Of a stretch of 64,000 nt of DNA, positions 50,914-64,000 are shown one piece after another. Origin of the DNA: Mytilus edulis (lineage: Eukaryota); NCBI RefSeq assembly GCF_963676685.1, contig NC_092350.1, positions 10,106,001 through 10,170,000 of the forward strand, given 5' to 3'. Numbering within the stretch: position 1 is the first letter of the stretch; each line of letters opens with the position of its first letter. A program made the translations under genes and the position numbers. The notes under the pieces are model-generated. The model saw nothing but the letters and a program-made list of their open reading frames with translations, did not search any database and was not told the DNA's origin.

Positions 50914-51360
50914 ATGCCACAACAAGCACCAGCTTTAGTATTACCGGTTGGATTTGAAAACATTTTAAACTTAGATCCGACGTACGATCTTCCATGTCCA
51001 ACATGCCAGCCGAATAGCCTTGAAGCATTTGAGATTGAGTTGGTGAAATGGCAAGATCTCGAAAGCCACGCGTGCAAACCTCTTATTAATGCAGTTCTCG
51101 AAAACGATTCGTCGTATATCGATTATGAACATTTCTATAGGAGTTCGATAGTATCTGTCTATCATTCGTATCTTCATATAGGTGATGATTCTGTAAGAAC
51201 CAGCCTGTCCTGTTATCGAATCGTGCAGACTAAATTAATTGCTCTTCTTACCACAATTGACAAGGTTGTGGAAGAAGCCCCAGAAGATGGACCATATGCT
51301 GAAGTTGGGAAACGATTACAGAATTTATTTATGGAAGAAGATGAATTTCAGCCTTTGTAA
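50914..51360 (+). CDS. Orphan 148-aa single-exon ORF
   Basis: acaATG context; stop-free 447 nt in very AT-rich DNA; protein-like composition with CPTC; ATTAAA ~30 nt after the stop. No family recognised. Confidence 0.55.
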   Translation: MPQQAPALVLPVGFENILNLDPTYDLPCPTCQPNSLEAFEIELVKWQDLESHACKPLINAVLENDSSYIDYEHFYRSSIVSVYHSYLHIGDDSVRTSLSCYRIVQTKLIALLTTIDKVVEEAPEDGPYAEVGKRLQNLFMEEDEFQPL

Positions 51361-51536
51361 GTTTTATTGCAATACAAATTCTAATTGAAGAATTAAATTT
51401 CCTCAAAATCTGTATGATACTATCAGCTCGCATGTAATTTTGATTTACATTGTGAATTTGTCACATGCATCAGTTTTAAGGACAAGCTGACTCCTCTAAA
51501 TCTCCTGAGTGCATTGTTTTCACATACATTATTCTT

Positions 51537-53056
51537 TAGTCCAAATGATTATGACGTCTTAATTAAAAGGCTATTTTGTCATTTTTTCTGTGACGCTTTC
51601 CTATGACATTGTATGAAGACATCACAGAAATTAAAAGGCAGTTACTATTTTGCCGGCACCGGCAAAACAGCAATTTTGTTATTTTCCCGGCGCTGATTAA
51701 AATATCTTAAATTAAGCCGGAAAAATAGCTAATTTCTGTAGAAATGGGTATTTGACCGGCACCAGAAATATTTAGTGAATTTGTTGTTGGTGCTGGAAAA
51801 ATAGAAAAATGTGTTATTTTGCTGGCATCAGGTAAGCGGAAGCAAAGTTAAAAATTATTTTGTTTACACAAATAACTGACTTTTATTTTCAAAAGCAAGT
51901 TAAATTTAAACATTTATTTTTTATTTTTGAAGCTATGTGATTGACTTTGTTATATTGTATAATATTTTATCAAAATATGATGCAATGGGACTTTCACCGA
52001 CTGGTTTTAACAATATTAATTACAACTACATGTTAAGATATGAATTCATTGCAACAAATGAATGCTCAATATTTTTATTTTGTTTTTATCTTTTCTTGTT
52101 ATACATTCTAATAGTTATTTATACTTTGACTGATAAATGTTTTTAAACCATTATATGTGTTTCAAACGATGTAATAAGCTGTTTACTTATTTAACTACTG
52201 GTACACTAGTAATTATTTGATTCTTTTATGTTGACAGTGCACATTTTCATATTACTTTCAAAAGTAAATATCAAAGGAGTAGGTCCGGTAAGACCCCTTT
52301 TTGGCCCCAAAATATAACAGTTTTACAAAATTGTTAAAATGTAAACTTTTAGTTATTTATTGGACAGTTGAATGCTTCTGCTACATAAATATGGGCAGTT
52401 TTTGACAATACAATGCACATATATCGGGTTGTAGCACCATAAAGTCATGCTAAATTACTGAAATCTTCAAAATTCTATCATTTTAGTTAAATTTGAGACG
52501 GTTTCCTTGTAAAACGAAAGTGGCCGCATTCGTGTTCATCCTTAATATTGAAATGTAAGTTGTATTTTATGATAATACATAACATATATAAAGGTTGAGG
52601 ATGAACACGGATGCGGCCACTTTCATTTTTGACAAAAACCATCTCAAAAGTGACGTTTTTTGGCATATTTGAGAGATTTTTCATATTTGAGCTTGAATCG
52701 GATCGTTTTTAATGACTAAATCAGTCAAAATCTTTTACTTATACTAATTAAATCAAGTGAAATAGACACTTAAGTCTTTAAAAAGTGGGCAAAATCTTTC
52801 GTCAGATGAAACTGAAATTTGAGGCCAAAATGAGTCCTTACCGGACCTACTCCTTTCACTAATATAAATACAATATTTATACTAATCACAAAAAACCTAC
52901 AAATTAACAAATTCACTATATAGCTGGTGCTGGCAAATCAGCCATGTCTATATAGAATAGGCTATCTTGCTGGTTTGAATAAGGATATTTTAATCAGATT
53001 CGTCAAAATAGCCACTGCCAAAAAAGCCTTTCAAGATATCATAATTATTTGGACTA
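51537..53056. mobile_element. Three-layer nest: palindromic MITE > GGCAGT-TIR element (51637-53019) > Kolobok-like element (52275-52854)
   Basis: TIR pairs tagtccaaat/atttggacta; ggcagttactattttg/caaaatagccactgcc; aggagtaggtccggtaag/cttaccggacctactcct with tcaa/ttca flanks. Confidence 0.8.
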
Positions 53057-53827
53057 TATAATTATTCTTCAAATAATATGAAGAAAAAAATCCTATACCT
53101 TTATCAAATTTGTCCTATTTTCTGTGTACGAGAAACCATGTATGTCTTTGAGAGACAAGTTATTTTTTGCTTTTTCTATTTTTTGCAATATCCTTAATAA
53201 AAATAGAATAAGGAAAAAGATCACTAGCTACGAGATATAGAAAAAAATCTAAAATACGATTATATTTGGTTCAATCATTTATGAAATTGAAATAGTGAAA
53301 TAATCATTCGCTTTTGTCAGCCAGTATGGTTCAATTTTGTCAAAATAAGATAAGAAACATTGATGATGAATTTTTCACTTGCAAGTGAATAATTCGACCT
53401 CATTAAATCCATATTCATATGAACTTCAATGCAATTCGTTAGCTAGAGATGAATAAAGCATGCACTGTCTGTGTTCAGTTATTTAAAGGAAAAGAATGTC
53501 AACTTTGAAAGAGAAACAAGGTAAATCACTTGATTGACTGGTTCGATCCACAAAAAAATCAATCTTATAACAGGTAGAAACGATGGTTAACATATATTTT
53601 GATCTATAATATGAAATTAAACAGACCTAGAAAAATCAAATTGCACGAGTTTAGATATCTATTAATATCTATGTTTATGTTTTTATCGCTTATGTGGCCA
53701 TCGGAGGTCAACTAGATAGTTAGCTAGATAGCATCTAGACTAAAAAAAAAAACAACAGTAAACGAAGCTACATTTTATGGAGCCCTTTCCCTGTAAATTG
53801 TTTGTTTTAGACTTTTTATAATTTGGA

Positions 53828-54665
53828 TAAATAAACTCATCATAGATACCAGGACTAAATTGTATATATACGCCAGACGCGCGTTTTGTCTACAAAAGAT
53901 TCATCAGTTACGCTCGAATCCAAAAAAGTTTTTAAAAAAAGCCAAATAAAGTACGAAGTTGAAGAGCATTGAGATCCAAAATTCCTAAAAGTGTTGCAAA
54001 ATACAGCTAAAGTAATCTACGCCTGAGGTAGAAAAGCCTTAGTATTTCAAAAAATTCAAAATTTTGTAAACAGTTAATTTATAAATATAATAATATCAAT
54101 GATAATTCATGTCAGCACAAAAAGTCTGACTACTGGGCTTGTGATACCCTCGGGGAAATAAATCTCCACCAGCAGTGGCATCGACCCAGTGGTTGTAAAT
54201 AAACTCATCATAGATATCAGGACTAAATTGTATATATACGCCAGACGCGCATTTCGTCTACAAAAGACTCATCAGTTACGCTCGAATCCAAAAAAGTTTA
54301 AAAAAAAAAGCCAAATAAAGTACGAAGTTGAAGAGCATTGAGATCCAAAATTCCTAAAAGTGTTGCCAAATACAGCTAAGGTAATCTACGCCTGAGGTAG
54401 AAAAGCCTTAGTATTTCAAAAAATTCAAAATTTTGTAAACAGTTGATTTATAAATATAACAATATCAATGATAATTCATCTCAGCTCAAAAAGTGCTGAC
54501 TACTGGGCTTGTGATACCCTCGGGGAAATATATCTCCACCAGCAGTGGCATCGACCCAGTGGTTGTAAATAAACTCATCATAGATACCAGGACTAAATTT
54601 TATATATACGCCAGACGCGCGTTTCGTATACAAAAGACTCATCAGTTACGCTCGAATCCAAAAAA

Positions 54666-54707
<42 letters not shown>

Positions 54708-54755
54708 CCAAATAAAGTACGAAGTTGAAGAGCATTGAGATAACAATATCAATGA
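53828..54755 (-). mobile_element. Second retrozyme family: ~2.5 tandem ~369-bp units with hammerheads (53870-53914, 54238-54282, 54608-54652)
   Basis: Minus strand CUGAUGA-GUCU..AGAC-GAAA-(C/U)GCGCGUC^UGGCGU; the copy at 53870 has GAAA>AAAA; the third unit has a long poly(A) expansion. Confidence 0.88.
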
Positions 54756-55054
54756 TGTTTTAGATTGTTTAAAATCAAATATGAGAATTTGAGTAAAATC
54801 GGTGAGCATGAATTTAACAGCTAGTGTCCCTTTAAAAAAATAAGTCTTCGGTGTTCCAGCTAGGCTGTTTTTCAGAAGGCGAGGCCTACATCCTTTTATG
54901 AGTAGCACGTTGTACCCTTTATACAGTTTCCAGGGTGCGCTTTACTTTTTCATGGTGCCCTGCCTTTTTGAAGATGATGATCTATATATTTTATTGCGTT
55001 CGTTTAGTCGTTTAGTTGTGATACGATCCTCCATTACGAAATTAAACTTCCTTT

Positions 55055-55315
55055 TAACACAAAAAATCCTCTATGTTCATTCTGGTGAAAGGTTTCAATT
55101 AGTCTATAGCACAAAAATACTCTGTGTACATGCTGATGAAAGCTTTCAATGAGTCTATAACACAAAAATACTCTGTGTACATGCTGGTGGAAGCTTTCAA
55201 TTAGTCTATATCACAAAAATCTTCTGTGTACATGCTGGTGAAAGCTTTCAATTAGTCTATATCACAAAAATCTTCTGTGTACATGCTGGTGAAAGCTTTC
55301 AATTAGTCTATAACA
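55055..55315. repeat. ~51-bp minisatellite, ~5 copies
   Basis: acaaaaatactctgtgtacatgctggtgaaagctttcaattagtctat repeated. Confidence 0.85.
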
Positions 55316-55934
55316 CACACAAAAAAGCAATAAAAAATAGCTATATCCTTCTAAGGTCAACTTTTCCAGAGGATTTTGGAACCCTAGTGTATTAATAATT
55401 TCTGAATTAAGATGATATTTACATGTAATACATGTACATGATGTATATTTATAGTTTATAATTGATATTTCAGGATTTTGCCTCCAGGTATAAGGGAATT
55501 CCTTGGTCTGAATAGATAGGTAAGGATTAAAATACGTTGAGTGTTATTAGTTTCTTGCATTTCATTGATGATATTGTACTTGTACGAAAACAATTTATCA
55601 GCCTGTAAAACATTTAGAAAATGCATGACAACTTCAAATTTTAGTTAGTTTACCTTTAGCCTAAAGGTTGATGAATGTTGTTTGCTAAATGTTCAGTGCA
55701 ATCTATGTCCAAGCTTTGCTTACAAGGATTTGATATCGCTCTATCCTACTTTCCCCTTTAGAGACTGTTTAGAGTCCTCTGGTTTTGTCCAAATAATCCA
55801 CATCATCAACATTCTAAGGCTCAAAGAGTGAACCCTGTAAGCTTGGACACAGTATCTGAATTTTGATCATATTGTGTCCAAAGAATTTTATCCTGGTTCA
55901 GGATGTAAACATAAGAGAACTTACTAACCTTTTT

Positions 55935-56365
55935 TTTCTCGAAATGACTACTGATGGTAGGTTAAATACCAAAATTTATGACAAACGCGATGATTTTAAT
56001 TTTCCAATAGTCAAATTTCCATTTCTGTGTAGCAACATCCCAGCGGCACCAGCATATGGAGTATATGTGTATCAATTAATACGTTAGTCACTGAGAGATA
56101 GCTCAAATTACGTTGATTTTGTTGAACGAAGAATACTGTCTGCTTTCTCAAAAGTTGCTAAGACAGGGCTATGAATCAATCAAATTAAGGTCATCACTCA
56201 AGTAATTTATCTGATATTCTTCCTTAGATTCATAATAACCTTCCATCATTACCGAACTGAACAAAAAAAATAACACGACGGGTGCCGTATACGGTGCAGG
56301 AAATGCTTACCCTTCAGGAGCACCTGATTTCACTCCCGGTTTTTAGTGGGGATCGTGTTGTTTCT
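55935..56365 (+). mobile_element. Penelope-like element 3' fragment
   Basis: GRLNTKIYDKRDDFNFPIV.FPFLCSNIPAAPAYGVY..QLIR followed by a noncoding tail. Confidence 0.85.
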
Positions 56366-57551
56366 TATTTGCAACTGTTGATGTAAATGTCTTTTGGTTT
56401 TATGAGTCTTAAAGTTTGTTTAATCCTTGGTTTTGATTGTTATAATATTGTCTTTTTGGTCAATTGAATTTGAAAATTACAAGTATTATAAATCTTTCAA
56501 CTGAAATCCCATTATTCAATTTGTATACATACATTCTTGAGAGAGTGATATCATATTTGCAGAGGCTGATTAATGGGGTTGGGGTGGGGACATGGTGGAA
56601 CCCCCCTTTTGTAGGAACATATGGTTGATGATATAGGTAATCACTGAAGCATGACTAGAGGAGACCACTAGCACCGGTAGTACTAATAGTTTATAATTCT
56701 GAAATATTGCACCAAACTATTCCAAAATGACAAGATCGGGTATTTCACAACAGAAATTCAATTTATGTATAGCATCACAGGAATAACTCACATAAACCTC
56801 ACTAAATCAACAACTGATATAAATCTAATCACCATGACCACATGAATAACTCACATAAATGAAATTACCTGAATAAATCGAATAAATTAAATCATGTGAA
56901 TAACTCCCATAAATTTTATCACACAAACATTAACTCATAAAAATCTAATCACATACATAATTGAGGTCACGCGAATAAATTGATTCATTTGAAATAAACC
57001 AAAACATTCAAGACAGCAAAACTAAAACTTGTTATCATACTTATATAATATTTCCATTTTAGGCTAAAAGATCTTATTGTATATAGATGTCATGATTACA
57101 GCTGGGAGACGGATGTTTATAGATATCAGTGAAAAGATGTTTGCACATGTTTATTTAAAAAACATTATAGATAATAGTAGAGATGTCGGCAGATGCTCGG
57201 GCAGATGTGACTGGATTGTGGCAGAAAATGGAAACAAAGAAAAAGAAAAAAAGCTTGATGATATTTTAAGCAATTGTATTAATAGAAGTAGGAACATTTT
57301 TTTTTGTATTCTTAAATAATTTTTTACCTAGTTAAAAGTCACAGTAGACTAGCTCACTTGTAGGTTTGGAAAAGCAGTTGTAGAAATGCTGATGAATCTA
57401 AATAATTAATTGATTCATTTCTTTTGATTATATAGCAAGTAAAAAACAAAATAGTTTGTCCTCTGAAAATTATGTGTGCTTTATAATGTTGTATTACAAT
57501 GATGACTATGTTTTTTTTATTTAAACTTCGATCATGGTGTAATATATGCGC

Positions 57552-57735
57552 AACACATTTGTAATTTTATAAACTTCATGGTAAATATATAAACACATTT
57601 GTAATTTTAAAAACTTCATGGTAAATATATAAACACATTTGTAATTTTAAAAACTTCATGGTAAATATATAAACACATTTGTAATTAAATAAACTTCAGG
57701 GTCAATATATAAACACATTTGTAATTTTATAAACC
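57552..57735. repeat. ~41-bp minisatellite, ~4.5 copies
   Basis: aaacacatttgtaattttaaaaacttcatggtaaatatat repeated. Confidence 0.85.
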
Positions 57736-60581
57736 TATGATATGCAGTGACATAGAATGAATGAGGGTGAACATCTTGATTAAATTGTTTATCAATGAGT
57801 GTTAACGCCTGTAAATATATTTACTCACTATCCTCGTGCAGTATGGTATCTGGTTTATGAAGTATTTTAATTTGAGACTGTTTAAAATATTTTAAATGGT
57901 ACACCAGTTGTGTTCAGATATACTTCAATTTATTGAAGTGTTGTAGGCTCTAACTTTATTTTAATTTTGTGAAATATGCAATGTTTATGTTTACCAAGAA
58001 CTTGTCTTCTGTGTATTTAACAGTGTTTCATTGAACAAATGATATACGTAACATTGATTTGGAACAAATAAATTAATACACTGCAGTAAGAACTGGATTT
58101 TTTTTTATTCATACCCCTTGATTCGATGATTGTTCCAAATCTTGCCATCCGCATAATGTGTTCATTGTTTTTAACAAATACAGATTTTACTACCTCATTT
58201 TTATACTTTTTTTATTTCGAGAAGTAATCACTTGTATGACTTGTTTTAACATGTATATTTCTAAAAAAAACTTGATACTTTATATACCAAACCAAAAAAT
58301 ACTCATTTTTGTACCAAACCAAAAAATACTTATTTTTGTACCAAACACCAAAAAAATATATATATATTGTAAAATATTGAAAGTATTCATTTAGATTTTA
58401 AAAATAAAAGATTTATACATATTTGATATTTTTTCATACTTTATACAGATATTCGCTCCTTTCAAGCTGCTTTTATGCATAGAATAAGATTTTGTTGAGT
58501 TTTGAAAACTAATAATTCCCCTAACAATCTTATCTTGTTTTATGTTGAAAACAAATGTCACAAATATAATTCAATGGAAATATATTAACATTGAGAACAA
58601 ATCTTTATACATCTAGGGACTGTGTTTTAAAAATCTTTGTTTTACTGTTGTGAAAGTTGCAGATTTTTTTAATCATGAACGTTAATGCAGTGGTGGCAGC
58701 CGTGCTGTCAACTTACTATACGCTTAATATTCCAAGAGGAGAAAGAGCTAGAAATCTACAACTTTCATATAAAAGGTCTGAAATTTATATCTGGACTGGC
58801 ATATGTATTTTTTATGTAACTCGATCATGTCCATGCTTTATTAATCGAAAACAGGTTTTTTCTTTTTATCTTAGATATAAGAAAATGTGGTATGAGTGTC
58901 AATTAGCCAACTCTCCATCCAAGTCGCAATATGTAAAAGAAAACCATTATATGTCAAATTCAATCTTCAACAAGAACCTTGGCTCACACCAACGGCAGGC
59001 AATAAAGGGCCCCAAAAATGACAAGTGTAAAACCATTCAAACAGAAAAACCAACGGTCCAATCTATATAAAAAAACGAGAAACAAGAACACTTATGAAAC
59101 ACAACCAGTAAAATGGTTCCTTACTTCAGACAGGTGCAAACAAATAGAGCAGGTTTAAACGTTTTAATAGGTACCAACCTTCACCCATACCTGAAACAAT
59201 AGTGTAACATCACAACATAAAATGACACACTATAAAATTTCAATTAAAATGGCAAAATCGGCATTGTAATTGGAATAAGAAATTTAAGAAGAATGTGTCG
59301 AGATTAAAAACCACTTTCTGAAATTTTGTGTAATGGACAGAAACACAGAAATTGTGAATTCCTGAAAATAAAAGACATATTTTGAATTTTTCATGGTAAA
59401 ATCCATAATCAAAACTTTAAAAATGCAAAAAAAACACCTTTAGAGCTGATTCTTTTGGATCTCACAGGTATGATTTGAATGGAAGTGTTGCTTTATATTA
59501 CATTATGTGTAGTATGAAGTGGGAAATGATCTTAAGTTGTTTATTTCTGCTGGAGATCAGTGTAGCCAATGATCTTGCCTGGGTTTATGTGAATAGTTAT
59601 ACTTATTATTATCTGGCACTAAAAAGAAAGAATATCTACTTTTAAATTAGCTTTACACTGTTCATTATGTTGAAAAGATTGGGAGGAATTATATTAATAC
59701 ATCAATTGTTATCTCCCTTGTCCCAATAATGGAGAAACAAAGCTTCTCACAGTGACTGCAAATGGAATTCAAGTAAACATTGATACTTTTTTTATTTTGT
59801 CATAATAATTATCTCTTGTAGAAGACTGGCATGGATAACTATCTCCTTTTTCACAATAAAAAATGGATTTCAAGCTTAATGTTGATTTGTATCTCCTGTT
59901 GTTAGTTATCTCCCATGTTGCACTGAAAACAAAAGATCGATTTTAAAGCTACATAATAGGGTTTGTTTCTCAGATACTGTTTAGCAGTAGGTAAAAAAAA
60001 AGAGAGGCGACAGATACAAGAGGGACATTTAATTCATAAATCATATTTCAGTTGGTTTTTTTGAAGTGTACATGTTAATCTGGCAAGTTTCATATGATCG
60101 TGACCTCATTATCACGGTTAAACGGTTATTGAAAAGTTTTTCTGTTTTGGCCTGTTTTCTTTATACCATAAGCAATAAGGTCAACAATATTTGATGTATA
60201 CGTTGTTAGATGTACATGTCTACTTGGTAGGTTTTGTCTGACCTTGACCTCATGTTTATTGGACTATATTTTTTGCATCTAAAGATTGCATGGTGTATAT
60301 GATGTCTGGCAGGTTTCATATAATCTTGATTTACGTTTATAGTTAATGGTAAATGTTAAATTGTACTGAGAACTTAGTCAGTTTCTCAAATACAAGAAGC
60401 AATAGATCAATGTGTGGTGTATGTAAAAGAGGAGTGTCTGCAATGATTGCATGATGTAGATTATGTCCGGAGGGGTTCATCTGACTTTAATCTCATTTTT
60501 ATGGTTCATTAGTCAATTTTCAATTTTTGTAATTGAGTCTGTTTATCATTGATATGGTCATAACTATACATAAGCAGCTGT

Positions 60582-60815
60582 TTACAAAACTTCGAATTTT
60601 TGAAAAACAAAGGCTTTTCTACCTCAGGAATAGATAACCATAGCTGTATTTGGCAAAATTTAAGGAATTTGTAGTCCTATGCTCTTCAACTTCGTACTTT
60701 TTTTTGGCTTTTTTACTTTTTTAATTTAAGCTTCACTGGTGAGTCTTTTGTAGACCAAACGCGCGTTTGGCCCAAATACAAAATTTTAATCCTGGTTTCT
60801 ATGATGAGTTTATTC
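60582..60815 (+). mobile_element. Degenerate retrozyme fragment (369-bp family)
   Basis: CTGGTGAgtcttttgtagacCAAAcgcgcgtt: mutated hammerhead; flanks are the reverse complement of the 53.8-kb unit. Confidence 0.75.
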
Positions 60816-61176
60816 TCATATACTAAAGCGATAGTTTTACTATATTTGGTGTATGATATGACTGTCACAACGATGTACATGTCCGTCTGGCCCTATTTAC
60901 CAGAAACATTGAGTGGATATTGCTAAGTTTATTTGAAACTTGTACAATACTCGTCAGATGCACATACTTTTAAGTGTATTGCAAATCTATGTCAACATGT
61001 AGCTCTTTCTTATTCCATACACGGCAACATGCACATTTGCATTTTTTGTTTACCTTATCATGCCCTTTATTCACAAAGTGAAGAATATCCGCATTTTATT
61101 TCTACCATAATTAATCATAATTATTATGTGAATTTGAAGGAGTTATCGCCAATATCAGTGTATTTTTCTCTCTCCA

Positions 61177-62045
61177 TTTTTAGCTCACCTGAAAGGTCAA
61201 GTGAACTTCTCTCGTCACTTGGCGTCCGTCGTCGTCCGTCGTCATCGTTGCCGTCGTCATCGACGTCCGTTAACCTTTACAAAAATCTTCTCCTCTTAAA
61301 CAATTGGTCAAATTTAACCAAACTTGCACAAAATCATCATTGGGGTATCTAGTTTAAAAATATGTCGAACGACCCTGCCTGCCAACCAACATATGGCCGC
61401 CATGGTTAAAAGTAGAACGGTCAAAAGGGGGTAAATGCAGTTTTTGGCTTATATCTGTGAAACTAAAGCATTTAGAGGAAAATTAATAGGAGTAAACATG
61501 TTTATCAGGTTTAGATCTATCATCCCTGCAATTTTCAAACGAATCAGATAACCTATTGTTTGGTTGCTGTCCCTGAAATGGTAATTTTAAGGAAATGTTT
61601 GCAATTTTTGGTTATTATCTTGAATATTGTTATAGAGAGAGACAACCTGTAAACAGCAATAATGTTCAGCAAAGTAAGATCTACAAATAAATCAAACATG
61701 GCAAGAAATAGCCAACTGACCCCTTAAGGAGTAATTGCCCTTTAAAGTCAATTTTTAACATTTTTTGGTAAATTTTTGTAAACTTTTCAAAGATCTCTCA
61801 CAAATTGAACGATAATTCAAATAATGATAATTCTAAAGTATCTATTGTAAGACTACACTGCATGGGATGGCCTACTTTTAATTCAACATGTTTAACGACT
61901 GGGCTAAATTTAAAAAAAAAATGGTCTCAATCATTATTGGGGTATCTATTTATTAAGATTTTAAAGATTGTAAACTTATTTTACATGATTTCCAAAACTA
62001 CAGTAGATAAAGGTGAGCGACACAGGCTCTTGGGAGCTTTTAGTT
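61177..62045 (+). mobile_element. Non-autonomous Helentron (HINE) element
   Basis: ttttagctcacct subTIR, (GTC)n microsatellite, aggtgagcga 3' subTIR, 3' hairpin, T-rich ends. Confidence 0.75.
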
Positions 62046-62353
62046 TGCAGTTTTTTTTTATTATAGCAATTATCATTAAAAATATGATTTTAGAAAAAGG
62101 GAAACTGTTTGCAGCACGGATCTGCGAAATTCTATCTTCAAAAAATCAAACAATACCGTACAATGAATCTACTTTTCATGGCAATTGTTTTTCTTTCCCC
62201 TGAAATTTTTTAAAACTTTATTGGACAGAGAGAATCTGTGCCCAGCAAAATGGATCAGCTTGAAGTTTCAAGTCTGTCACCAACATGTCTGATATCTAGA
62301 TAAATCAACATGACCGAAATTGATGATCGATTGTCACAAGGCTTTATATTGTC

Positions 62354-62787
62354 GTGAGACTTAGTCTATTGCTAAAATTTCATGACAATTTTCATAATTT
62401 TATTTTTTAAAGTCATATAAAACAACTGACTGGTGAAAAAATAATGTTTATCCAATTCTTGAGTGAGACTTAGTCTATTGCTAAAATTTCATGACAATTT
62501 TCATAATTTTATTTTTTAAAAGTCATATGAAACAAGTGACTGGTGAAAAATAATGTTTATCCAATTCTTGAGTGAGACTTAGTCTATTGCTAAAATTTCA
62601 TGACAATTTTCATAATTTTATTTTTTAAAGTCATATGAAACAAGTGACTGGTGAAAAATAATGTTTATCCAATTCTTGAGTGAGACTTAGTCTATTGCTA
62701 AACTTTCATGACATTTTTTATAATTTTATTTTTTAAAGTCATATGAAACAAGTGACTGGTGAAAAATAATGTTTATCCAATTCTTGA
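62354..62787. repeat. 109-bp tandem repeat, 4 copies, abutting a LINE 5' end
   Basis: Units start at 62354, 62463, 62572, 62680. Confidence 0.9.
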
Positions 62788-63422
62788 ACCAATGCGTGTA
62801 TGTACGAGTAAAGAACTTAAACTGTGGTATTAAGATTGACGACATTGAGTTAAGCATACTACTGTATGCCGATGACATAGCTGTTATTGCGCCGGATGAA
62901 CACAAACTACAGAGAATGCTTAATGAGGTTGCGTCTTGGTGTGATGACTGGAAACTTGAAATTAATCGGTCGAAAACCAAAGTAGTGCATTTTAGAAATC
63001 CTTCGATACTTCGGTCAGACTTTGATTTTGAATGTGGAACTCACAACTTAGAATATATTGACTCATACAAATATTTGGGACTTTGGTTCGATGAGTTCTT
63101 AACACTAGAAAAGGCAGTTACAGAACTTTCTAAATCAGTCAGTAGAGCTTTGGGAGCCCTTTTTGGTAAATTCATAGCGACAGGTGGTATGACCTGGAAC
63201 GTTTATCACAAACTTTATACGACGATGGTAGAACCAGTTTTATTCTATGGTAGTGCTGTTTGGGGATACAAATTCCACAGAGTAATTAACAATGTACAGA
63301 ACAATGCTGCAAAATACTTTCTTGCAGCTGGGAAGCGAACCTCCAACACAGCGGTGCGCGGAGATCTTGGACTAATTAACCTCAATGTCATACGAAGCAA
63401 AAACTATCATGCCTACGTCTAA
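62788..63422 (+). mobile_element. L2/CR1-clade LINE RT fragment
   Basis: ILLYADDIAV, INRSKTKVVHFR, YKYLGL, YGSAVWG, RGDLG. Confidence 0.92.
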
Positions 63423-63424
63423 AA

Positions 63425-64000
63425 TATAATTGTAATAAGTTTATTGCAAATCAGCATATAATATAATGCTATAGCATCAACAACATATATAATATAGTAA
63501 GCGACATAATATAAATGCAAACAGAAAGCAAAATAATAACAAACAAAAAAAAACCAAAACCAACATATTAAACAAATAGTATTATATATAATCTACTTTA
63601 TCAGTTGTGACCGTAGTGTCCAGTTCTCATTTAACAAACAACAAAGTTTTAATACCAAAGTTCTTGAACATGTTTGAATAAGTGATAAACATTTTGACAT
63701 ATTAGGCCAAGAACAATAATATTTAGGCAAAAATCTTAAACGCAGATGTCTATAGGCTGGACAAATCATTACAAAATGATATTCATTTTCAATAGCTTTC
63801 ATATTGCAACATTGACATAATCTTTCATTACGAGGCACATTATTATATCTACCAGTTTCAATGTTGAGTTTAAGTGAACCACATCTAAGTTGTGTTAAGA
63901 GTTTAACATTGACATCAAGAAGTAAATATTTTTCCAAACAAAAGTCAATTTTGAACATTTTCAAAATATCCAATTTTTCACAATCCAACATACTAGAACG
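63425..64000 (-). mobile_element. L2/CR1-clade LINE 3' end (ORF2 C-terminus + tail), runs off the right edge
   Basis: QLRCGSLKLNIETGRY..RLCQCC..ENEYHFVMICPAY; minus-strand AATAAA near 63440. Confidence 0.9.

Noticed and set aside
55474-55520. Possible small exon (cag|...|gtaagg) with another acceptor at ~57062
   Set aside because: No coherent reading frame or partner exons; cannot be supported without RNA data.
58657-62203. ORFs of 132-139 aa (58657, 60933, 61805)
   Set aside because: Non-ATG starts; they overlap interspersed repeats or the Helentron and show no protein motifs.

Overview
AT-rich, repeat-dense eukaryotic genomic DNA. The repeat families and gene style suggest a bivalve mollusc, probably Mytilus (inference). 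Spliced genes: PTGR3/ZADH2 (minus strand, 7 exons visible, runs off the left edge) sits head-to-head with a complete 4-exon nurim (NRM) gene (plus). A 2OG-Fe(II) dioxygenase (minus) has 5 exons found, but no first exon. Also present are an intronless B-box/coiled-coil/beta-propeller TRIM-like gene with two homopolymer frameshifts and an orphan 148-aa ORF. Most striking: (1) four tandem arrays in three genes, each built from a splice acceptor plus exon sequence, including at least 20 copies of a complete PTGR3 exon separated by 28-nt GT-AG spacers; (2) two families of hammerhead-ribozyme retrozyme arrays (350 bp and ~369 bp units) that share a second, covarying, pseudoknot-like RNA motif, near Penelope-like RT fragments; (3) a duplicated nurim 3' region bracketing the TRIM gene; (4) deeply nested DNA transposons (Kolobok-like, Helitron, hAT, Harbinger-like, foldback). 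All calls were made by eye; no database searches were run.
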